Origin: Macrostomum lignano
Lineage: Eukaryota
Length of the DNA: 64,000 bases
Assembly: GCA_002269645.1 (NCBI GenBank)
Contig: NIVC01001089.1
Location: 124,001 to 188,000 of the forward strand
Direction: 5' to 3'
Below the pieces are notes generated by a model, which saw only the letters and a program-made list of their open reading frames with translations, ran no database searches and had not been told where the DNA came from. A program made the position numbers and the translations under genes. Within the stretch, counting starts at the first letter, position 1, and each line of letters begins with the position of its first letter. Shown one piece after another: positions 54,088 through 64,000 of the stretch.

Positions 54088-55186
54088 AATGAACTAAAAC
54101 CATACAATGTTTAATCATACTTAGTACTTGCACTATATTAATATTAATAACATTATAAAATAGGCCTATACAAAAGCTTTATATATAGAATTAAGATAAG
54201 GTATACTTAAATTTGTTTATATATTGTATTCTATAAAAAAAGATCATACAATATGGCAAAGTAAAAATAATTCCAAAAAATGCAAATTATATTATATCAT
54301 TGCTATACTAGCTATCTGAAACTTGAATAATTATTATAATAAATATAGAATATTTTTAAAAAGCAATATAGCCTAACAAGAAAGTCTTGAGATATGATAG
54401 TGCTTTTTAAAAATTATGAACTATAGGCTATCATTAGACTTGGCATTAGAATTGCTCAAATTGTTTTAACCAAGCATTTGTAGGCCTAGGCACTTATTAT
54501 ATTGGCCTAACAATTAATAATTGTAAGACATTGCTATACTGGTATAACAATAGTTTCTTTTGCAATGACTATAAACATAACTTATATATGACAAGAAAGG
54601 CCAATGTAGAATAGAAATTTCTATCATATACCTTTTTTGGAAATTGAAGGCCTATTAGAAAACAAGTCCCTAAACAATTGCTATTTTTATGTCTAAAACT
54701 TTTTTGTAATCTAGTTAGATGAACTTGCAATTGTAAAGTAGATAATCATATATAAAAATGTACAAAAATCTATAAATAATACATATTTTTGTTTGTATTC
54801 TTAAAAATCTAAAAAATAAGTTTAGTTTTGAGCATGTTAAAAAAGATATACTTTTGTATGAGTTTACCTAATCCTCATATCAATGAAAGATAGCACTTTT
54901 AGGGCTAGGTTTTTGCTGGTTAACTTAATCTAGTGAAGACCCAATGCAGTCTATATCAGTGATGTCTGCATTGAGTTGTCACCTTTTTGATTGCTTACAA
55001 ACATGCAAACTAAGCTAAGCTCTTGATTATTATAAGGCTCAACTGAAAAAAGAAAGAAACAAACAAACTATAAATTCTAAAGTCTTGATTTAAAGTGTTT
55101 TAAGAAAATCTTGTTGTTAGCCAGATGTTTTGTGTAAAACTACACTACACTCACTACTAAACCTTCAGCTCCATCAGTAGCCAGTC

Positions 55187-57277
55187 ATGGGTGTACGCGG
55201 CCTGAAGAAGCACCTGAAGCGGGTGAACGCCCCCCGGCACTGGATGCTGGACAAAATGTCCGGCTGCTTCGCCCCCAAGCCGGCCGCTGGGCCGCACAAA
55301 ATGCGCGAATGCCTGCCGCTGTGCCTGTTCCTGCGCAACCGGCTGAAGTACGCGCTCACTTACAAGGAGACCACCAAGATTCTGGCGCAGCGGTCTATTA
55401 AGGTGAGATGCTAGTCTGCATTTAAACTTTGAGTAATTTTGGTCTTTATACAGGATCAATAAAAATGCTCAATGAAAAAGTGGCGAGAGCAGATAAGCAT
55501 GGAAGGAAAAGGTGCGGAAAAGAGAAGAGATGGATAGAATGAGGAAGTATAGGATAGAATGAGGAAGTATAGGATAGAATGGGGAAGTATAGGATAGAAT
55601 GGGGAAGTAAGAATAGAATGGGAAAGTATAGGATAGAATGAGGAAGTATAGGGGATAGAATGGGGAAGTATAGGATAGAATGGGGAAGTATAGGATAGAA
55701 TGGGGAAGTATAGGATAGAATGAGGAAGTAAGAATAGAATGGGAAAGTATAGGATAGAATGGGAAAGTATAGGATAGAATGGGGAAGTATAGGATAGAAT
55801 GGGGAAGTATAGGATAGAATGGGGAAGTATAGGATAGAATGGGGAAGTATGGGATAGAATGGAAGTAAGAATAGAATGGGGTAGTATAGGATAGAGTGGG
55901 GAAGTATAGGATAGAGTGGGGAAGTATAGGATAGAAATAAATGAAGTATAGGATAAAATGAGAAGTATTGGATCGAATGATAATATCGAAGCCGGAGAAA
56001 AATGATTTAAAAGATATATGAAAAACATAATGATAGGATATGGAATAGAGAATAGAAAAAAGAAATGGGAAAATAGATAGAGTAGAAGGCTGTGATTAAA
56101 GAAGACAGAATAAGACGGTAGAAAGATCAAAGGATGCGAGAAAAGACACAATAATGAAAGTGCTTTTCGAATTTCGAAAACCCCATTGAAATGCATTCAT
56201 TCGGCAGTATTGCATCGTATCGCATCATCGCCTTCGCCCTGCTCAGGTGGACGCCCGCGTCCGCACGGACAAGCGATTCCCGGCTGGCTTCATGGACGTC
56301 ATCAGCATCGAGCGGACTGGCGAGAACTACCGTCTGATCTACGATGTGAAGGGCCGCTTCGCCTTGCACGCGATCACCCCGGAGGAGGCCAAGTATAAGC
56401 TGTGCCGCGTGCGCAGGTGAGTTATATCCGGGTCTTGATTTGTAGCTGCCGATATGTATCGAAGTCAGAAACACCTGACATTAGTGTTAGCACTACTCTA
56501 TCAGAGTTGATGGTAAAATAGGATTTGCATTGACCCCAATTGGAGTGCTTTAAGTGTAGTATTTTAACATTCGGTTGTTTGTGTTTAAGCTACCTATATG
56601 TAGCGTTTATAACTTAATTAAGCTGTGGACACCTGATTACTGGTTGGCTGTCAGGCTACCGATATGTAGCGCTTATAACTTAATTAAGCCATTAACAATG
56701 TTGGCTATTGACACTACCCAAATCAATCTTATAGTTTTAAGAGTGGCCAATTCGTCAGTTAGTTTAGTACTCAAGCTCCTAGTGGTAATTAAACTACCGA
56801 CATGTATCGATAATAAGTTTACAAAGCCAGTAAATAGCAGCTATGCAACAGCGGTTCGCCCCGCCGTCTGTCCGCAGGGTGGCCACCGCCCATGGCAACG
56901 TGCCGCTGCTCAACACGCACGACGCCCGCACCATCCGGTACCCGGACCCAATGGTGAAGGTCAACGACACGATCAGGGTGGACCTGGCCACCGGCAAGAT
57001 CATCGACTTCGTGAAGTTCGAGCCCGGCAACCTGTGCATGATCACCGGCGGCGCCAACACCGGCCGAGTTGGCGTCATCACCCACAAGGAGCGTCACCCG
57101 GACTTTGACATTGTGCACGTGAAGGACTCGCTTGGCCACACCTTCGCCACTAGGGAGAGCAACGTCTTCGTCATTGGCAAGGGCAACCAGCCCTGGGTGT
57201 CGCTGCCGCGCGGCAAAGGCGTCAAGCTGAGCATCGCCGAGGAGCGCGACCGCCGCCTGGCTGTCACCCGCAAGTGA
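55187..57277 (+). CDS. RPS4: 40S ribosomal protein S4 (eS4), complete, 261 aa
   Basis: Exons 55187-55402, 56247-56416 and 56878-57277 total 786 nt in frame. Translation reads [23 protein letters not shown]...[11 protein letters not shown]...RNRLKYALT...[17 protein letters not shown]...[12 protein letters not shown]...[12 protein letters not shown]-like C-terminus ending AEERDRRL. Confidence 0.97.
55530..55960. repeat. 20-bp purine-rich minisatellite (GGGGAAGTATAGGATAGAAT)n in RPS4 intron 1
   Basis: Direct reading. Confidence 0.92.
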
Positions 57278-57565
57278 GCGGCCGCTTTCAAGTTGGCCGT
57301 CTGGGATCCGGGAGTTTGAGCTGCCTGTCTGTGGTAGTGAACTACCGCTGAGAGACCTACACGAGGGGTGTTGCGTACTGGTTTAACGCAGATCTGGTGT
57401 CTGTTTCTAATTTGGAAGCAAATATAAACTATTCAACTTGGAAATGCTTCGAGTCTTTAAGCATATGCAGTTGTGCCAGCGAAAGCCATTGGATAAAAAA
57501 TACTATGCTTCACTATTTGCTTTGGTTGTTTTTATTTTTATCACAAATTTTATCAAATTTTAAAT

Positions 57566-58931
57566 CTAATTGTAGGGAAAGTTTTAAAAAATACTTTTTA
57601 AAACATCTGAATTTAACTTTTTAGACCGACAGACAGACAGACAGACACATACATACAGAAGAACAGACAGACAGACAATTCCCGAGATTTGACTTTCCCT
57701 ACAATCAGATATGAACCCTCGGGGCGAAGTGGGTCGTTTGTGTATTTGACTAATGTTTCTAATGTGTAATTGATGTGTTGATGTGTCAAAATAGAATGAG
57801 TTCGCCCCGAGGTCGGTCTGTCTGTCCTGCTGTCTGTCTGTCTGACTGTCTGCCTCCTCACTCCCCTCTTCTCTGAGTCTCATCGATCTTCCCTCACCTC
57901 TTCTCTCAGAGATTTAGTATATGGATTGTAGGAGTTCACTGGCAACACACAGAAAACAGACAAACATCGCTAGAGTTTTATTTTAGTATATTGAAATAAA
58001 ATTTAGTATATTTAGATTTAATATATTCGACGAATAGATTGGCGCCATTGAAATCGCCCTTGCTTAGAGTCCCTTCAGTTTATACTGAGCCCCAACTGGG
58101 CTACCCCATCCTGAAACCTCTGGACGCGTCCCTGTATAGGCTCCATAGGCCCACAGTTAGTTGGAGGCTGAAACCGAAAGTGTGAGTTTGGGCTGGGCCA
58201 TAGCCATCCTCTTCTCTCTGCCACTGTTTCTAGGGCTCCCAAAACACATAAATTATTCTTGTACGCAAGCAATACATTGAACACAGACCTCTGGATCCGA
58301 GAGGTTCGCCCTGAGTAACTGAGTGACCTGCGAGACAACTAGGAAGAGTAGGCTACTAAAAGTAGTATGAGGGGAAAATGTGCACTATGGTTTCTAGACA
58401 TACACTACCATAATGTTGTAAATGACGCAATTCTTCATTATAGTTTCTAGTTTATAGTTATAGTTACTTTTCCAGATGGACTCGGCTCACTTATCGACAG
58501 GGGCGCCGCCGCCTCCGAAGCGACCGGCTGCGGCTGCTGTAAAAAAACGGCTTGTTATGGGCTGGGCTACGAAGGTCACTCAGAAAGTTCTTAGCCTGAA
58601 TAAGAAAACAGCAACAAATGAACTAAAAAACTACTACAAATGCTTTAAGTACTCAAATGCTCAAATTTCATGCTTCTACGTCTTGTGGATCCTACTCAGG
58701 CTAAAGACTTTCTGAGTGACCCTCGTACACAAACGACCCACTTCGCCCGAGGGTTCATATCTGATTGTAGGGAAAGTCAAATCTCGGGAATTGTCTGTCT
58801 GTCTGTCTGCCTGTATGTCTTAGTGTCTGTCTGTCTGTCTATCTGTCTGTCTGTCTGTCTGTGTCGGTCTAAAAAGTTAAATTCAAATGTTTTAAAAAGT
58901 AATTTTTTTTACAAACTTTTCCTATAATCAG
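57566..58931. mobile_element. Foldback/MITE-like element with ~180-bp terminal inverted repeats containing (GACA)n
   Basis: 57566-57745 is the reverse complement of about 58725-58931 (aattcccgagatttgactttccctacaatcagatatgaaccctcgggg versus its complement). No clear TSD. Confidence 0.7.
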
Positions 58932-59632
58932 GTACGATTTATATGATTTTTATAGTAGAAAACTATAAAAAGTAGACTTGATTAGAGTGAGGAATGACAT
59001 TGAAACTGTCGCCAAGAAACCCGGCCTTAAATATTTTCTAAAAAATGAAGTTTCCGTGTTTGATCCTTGTATATGTTTTTAAGTTTTACATTATTTCTAA
59101 GTAACGAGTTACCGTGGACAACATATGAAGTTGCGGACTACTAGGACTAGTCGTGTGCCATGCATGTTGATAATTGTGGCAGCCAGCCGCTTTAGTTTCT
59201 TATTCATGCATACATTATTGTTTATTGACAAACTCAAATATACTTGTAAAGGGCTGTGGCTGCGCCCACAGTCTCGCCAAGCGCGAATACTCCTAATACA
59301 TGCAAACACAACAATAGTTACCACGTATTCATAGTCCCTATACGATATGTCGATCTTTTGAGTCGAGTCCAGGATGGACCTCATTCAGTTAACGAAACAG
59401 AAGTCTGCATAAAGTTAGAATGTTAGATGTGCCTGCCATGTGGCCTCGTAGCTAGCGAGGCTGCAATATTCTAAGACGGGGATTGGCAAACTCCGGCTTG
59501 CGAGCGAAGCCTCTATCCGGCTCTCGCGGGTCCTTCGAAACTTCACAATAGCAATTATTCGCCCGCTCTGGGTTTTTGTCTTCTCTCTTCTCAGAATTCT
59601 CTCCTCTCTTCCCTCTTCTCTTCTCTTCTCTT

Positions 59633-59672
<40 letters not shown>

Positions 59673-60429
59673 CATCACTCCCCTCCCCCTCTCTTCTTTA
59701 ATCTCTCTCTAAGATGGGGGGGCATCACAAACCCGAAAAATCACAACTCCGAAATTACTATCAACGCACACCATAAAGCCGAAATATGAACTCCGAAAAC
59801 AAAAATAGCATTGTCCATCATAAACCTGAGATATCATAAGCTCCGAAAGTTCTAGCCATGTTCAACTGTTTTGGTTTTCGGGTTCGCGATATTTCGGGTT
59901 TATGATGGCGATCCCTCTCAACTCTTTTTCTTATCTTATCTCTCATCGCATCTCTTATCTCGGCTCTCAACTGTCATCTCTCATATTATCTATTCTCTTC
60001 TTTCTTCTATTCCTTCTTCCTCTATCATTTAGTGCGGCAGCAATGATCTACATGTTCGCTACTGATTCTTTACTGGCCCAGGAGGTGAAAAAGTTGACGA
60101 CCCCAGTTGTTCTATGGGCATTGGCAGACAATTATTAAAACAACGGATTGATGGAGATGATTTACGATAAATTTCATGAAATAGAAGACTAATAGCTTGG
60201 CTTTACTACATGCAGTCTCATAAATGTGCCAACATCCTCGCCTTGCATCTTTACAAGAAAGCAACATGCAAAATAAAAAACGAAATGGCTTGTTGAGTCT
60301 GGCCCAGGACAGCAGAGTCCCGTAATCTCTTGAGCTCCTATCGCGGAAGGTTTTTGATTTTTGTCATTTAAGGAATCAATATAAGTATAGTACCTCGTGT
60401 ACATCACTTGCCAAAATGCCAAGCCAGCA

Positions 60430-60745
60430 CTAAATATGTTTTATAAGACCTGTTCCAATTGACAGATTTGCAACCGACAGCTCAGCCGCAGCTATTGCAC
60501 AGCGCATCTGAAGCTGCGTACGGCTGTTCAGTCCAAGGACTGGGAGGGGGGGGCTCAACACAACGTCACTTATACCCCAGCTAATGCTGGCACCCACCTT
60601 ACAGCTGGGTGAACTGAAGCAATGCAGAGTTACAGTGTAGGTGTCTTGCTCAAGACACAATTTGTTTACATGTGGGTCGAGAATCGAACCCCCAACCTTT
60701 CAGTCGTGAGTCCCTCCGACGCTCCAACCACTAGGCTACAACCCC
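60430..60745 (-). mobile_element. tRNA-derived SINE
   Basis: The minus strand starts GGGGTTGTAGCCTAGTGG (A box) and contains GGTTCGATTCT (B box). It continues with GTGTCTTGAGCAAGACAC and TTCACCCAGCTGTAA, a core typical of conserved-domain SINEs. The 3' boundary is approximate. Confidence 0.8.
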
Positions 60746-61163
60746 TACTGATTGATGATAAATAATAAATGAAGAAATTCAATTTTAAAATCCAATTGTT
60801 CTCATAAAAATTGTTAATCATATTAAGTATGCGTATTTTATTTAACGGAAAAAGAGAAGAGTGGATTAGCTTTTAAAAAGTCTGTTTCTTTTCACGATAA
60901 AACATCATTATAAGCGCAAATTTTTCCTCTAAAGAAAGATAGTAATATAATTATGACTGCTGTTTTTTCATAACGATTAATTCACAAACAAATTACGCTA
61001 GTAATGGATATATAAAGTGCTCTTCATCTCTACTAGTAGCACGGGACTTAACTATGGAGCCGTGCGAGTAAAACGGAGAATGTACACTGCCAGTATACAG
61101 CAACAAAATGTACATTACAAGCAAAAAAAAATCCTAGCCCATTTCTAACCCTCCGCTTTTCCT

Positions 61164-61205
61164 ATTGGCTTAGAGTGCAGTCACGTGACAACGGTTTCAT
61201 CCAAT
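61164..61205. promoter_or_regulatory. Promoter-like cluster: ATTGG, GTCACGTGAC (E-box/CLEAR palindrome), CCAAT
   Basis: Perfect 10-bp palindrome at 61180-61189 flanked by oppositely oriented CCAAT boxes. Confidence 0.35.
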
Positions 61206-62963
61206 GGCGGAATAGAAGAAACGGTCGGGTGATTCCCAAGGTCGAAAGTGAATATCCAAAGTTGTCTTTATTATGAGCAATTATTTATTAACAACTCAAA
61301 ATAAAATCAGCTCGTACTATGATATGATGTACTATCTATAGATTATACAATCAATATAGATAAAAAGTCCACCAGCATTAAGATTTTGGGTCTGGTTTCA
61401 AATTTTCATTAAGCGATGGCAAATATTGTTGATACTAATCAGTAAAACACGGTTTACAACGTCAATCAGAATATTATTAGCAAATTAATGCCGGTCACAA
61501 CATAGCAACTGAAAAATAACAGAACACGATCGACGTGCATTATAGTTGGCATGCGGCACTTGTTTACAATGTCGCTGCTATGGTAACGAGTGGATGGGTC
61601 AACGCTTAATTAATTGCCTTAAAAGTCTGGCTAAAAATACACAATTTTCAAATAGAGATGCTGGTTTGGTATGACAGGCAGATTGTGCTACACTAAGTGG
61701 ATTATAGCATGAACTGATTCAAATTTATTTATCATGTAAGTGATACTGGGGTATGCTTAAAAAAAGATGATCAATATTGGATAGCTATGAAAGGTAGAGC
61801 CAAGGACTACTCAAGTAGAAGGACAGGGAACTGTGTTTTCTTAGAAAATGTTTAGGGCTAGTTTTTGCCGAAAAATATACTACGGAGATAGGAAGTTTTA
61901 CAACTTTCTGAGAGACCAATTTGGGCAATAAAAATAAAGGGGACAGATATTGACGGACATTCCTAACTGACTACTAACTAACAAACATTAATTTAGTAGC
62001 AAATAAAGGAAAAATAACAAAAACACGTCATTGACCTTAAACCAATTTTGCAAATTGTACAATCAAAATAAAAATTAGCAACAGAAAACAAACCGAATTG
62101 AAGCGATTATTCTTTTTTTAAAAGCAACAAAAGGAAAATCAAATATAATTAACAATTTAGGAGGATCACAAATTGCAATCAACGGTCCGTCAGGATTTAT
62201 ACACACAGAATATATAATACGAGTATATATTGTATTTATATAGGATACCAACAGATGCTATAATAACCAGATGGGCCACTCAGCACATTTGCGTGTAAGC
62301 TACTTTTACTTCAGTAGTAAGTTGTTAAACAGAAGCATTTTAATGTATTTTAAAGCCAAGGCTCATTTATTGGCTTTTACCAACCCCCCTCCCAGCTTAA
62401 ACCCTCCCTCCAACCGCGCCTCTCCCACTACCCCCCATGTACATTTCAGTGGACTGGCTAATGTACATTATTGCTCAACCAATTAGCAAGTTGTTTACGC
62501 CTGCAAGCCTGGGCTTCTAAACTTATCAAAGTCGTTTCAGCTGCCTTTATTTTTATAAAATAGCTTATGTATTCTTCTTTGCTACTGAACTGAAAGTAGA
62601 AAGCTGTTTTACTAAGTGTATACGCCTCAGTGGCCCATCTAGTCATTTTAGTATCTGTGTAAGGCTACAAGTCACCCGAAGCGCATTGCACGAATTTAAA
62701 AACTTTTGATGAAATTTTCTGCAAGTTGAAAATTTAAAGATTTCATCTTATATTTAAAAAAACACAACAATCAAATAAACAAACACAAAAACTGGAATTT
62801 CTTAACTGGCACGATAATATATAGATATCAGTATACCTAATTTATGTATACAGTTTTGCGATGAGAGAAAAAAAAACGCCAAAAAGCGCGTACACGCTAC
62901 TATCAACTAGTAGATTATTATTGTTTATCCAGTTTATGTTGTTTCCTTAATAAAGCAGCAAAT

Positions 62964-63990
62964 TTAGCAACAACCCGAACTGGACGATTTGACTGGCTGG
63001 GTGCCGCTGGGGCCAACTTTGATAGCCGGCTTGGCCTGCTGGCCCGCTGCCCCGGCTGCTGGGCCCATGCGAGATTTGATCTCGCTAGCCATCGACATGA
63101 AGGCCTGCTCAACGTTCGTGGCATTCTTGGCGCTGGTCTCTAGGAATACTATGCCGAGCTTGTCGGCGTATTCCTGTTGCCATGGGCGGTGGCGTTAGTT
63201 AGTTTGCATTGTCTCTGCATGGCCTGAACTAATTATCTCTCCTATCTCATCTGTCTGATTCGTTTTATCTCCCCACCCATCCTATCTCTCCCACACCTCC
63301 TTATGTCTCCCACACCTCCTTATGTCTCCACACCCCTCCTTATCTTTCCCTACCCCTCCTTATCTCCCCACATTTTCCTTATCTCTCCCAACCCTCCTCA
63401 TCTCCCCCCACCCGCTTTTTATCTCCCCCACTTTTTCTTTCCTTTCTACCCTCTCGACTCTCTCATATTGTCCTGTTCCTGTTTCATAGTTCCCGTAAAT
63501 AATTACTAAATAAAATTGTACCTTAGCGGTGGCAAAGTCCACAACTTTCTTGCTAGTTAAATCGCACTTGTTGCCAACCAACAATTTGTTGACATTCTCC
63601 GAAGCGTATTTGTCGATCTCTTGTAGCCAATTCTTAACGTTGTTGAACGACTCTTGGTCTGTGCAATCGTACACCACAATGATGCCATGGGCGCCTCGGT
63701 AATAAGACGAGGTGATGGTGCGGAAACGCTCCTGGCCAGCAGTGTCCCAGATCTGCAATTAATTAATAGATAATTCAATGCCAAATTGTACATACTGCTA
63801 TGCACTGTTGAGTCAGTTACAAACCTGCAGCTTGATAGTTTTTCCATCCAGCTCAATGGTACGAATCTTGAAATCAACTCCAATGGTACTGATGTAGCTC
63901 TCCGTGTAAGTGTCATCCGCAAAGCGCAGCAATAGGCAGCTTTTGCCAACACCAGAGTCGCCAATCAGAAGCAACTTGAACAGATAGTCA
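62964..63990 (-). CDS. RAB1: Rab1 small GTPase; first short coding exon lies right of the window
   Basis: Exons 63990-63825, 63752-63522 and 63173-62964. Motifs [68 protein letters not shown] and ETSAK; C-terminal GCC prenylation motif. Confidence 0.97.
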
Positions 63991-64000
63991 CTGATAGGGG

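Noticed and set aside
60670-60745. tRNA gene
   Set aside because: It has A and B boxes but no proper acceptor stem or cloverleaf closure, and it continues into a SINE body.
56882-63193. Identical 18-mer GCCACCGCCCATGGCAAC in RPS4 exon 3 (56882-56899) and at the Rab1 last-intron acceptor (63176-63193, minus)
   Set aside because: A single GC-rich 18-mer match in a 64-kb two-strand comparison is plausible by chance, and there is no flanking similarity.

Overview
Eukaryotic (metazoan) genomic DNA with GC-rich spliced exons, AT-rich spacers and a very heavy load of micro- and minisatellites. That style resembles a Macrostomum-like flatworm assembly, which is an inference and was not verified. Four host genes are supported by protein motifs and phase-consistent GT-AG exon chains: the 5' part of a TRPC-family channel (minus, runs off the left edge), a FAM149/DUF3719-like gene (plus, 5' end unresolved), ribosomal protein RPS4 (plus, complete) and Rab1 (minus, first coding exon beyond the right edge). 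Mobile DNA comprises a 5'-truncated RTE-type LINE, a degenerate 5' end of a second non-LTR element, a 3.26-kb non-autonomous hAT-like element with an 8-bp TSD, an inverted-repeat element carrying exon-like sequence, and tRNA-derived SINEs. The hAT-like element contains an ~870-bp-arm internal palindrome and two nested MITE copies. The most interesting pattern lies from 6.4 to 32 kb. There the unique islands between different satellite arrays repeatedly hold minus-strand ATG-containing mini-exons that end in phase-2 donors, all compatible with one TRPC acceptor at 6417. This suggests a battery of alternative N-terminal exons. Several minisatellites also carry repeated splice-site motifs next to real splice sites. 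The very long ORFs in the track are repeat artefacts. There is no CRISPR array, rRNA or convincing tRNA gene.
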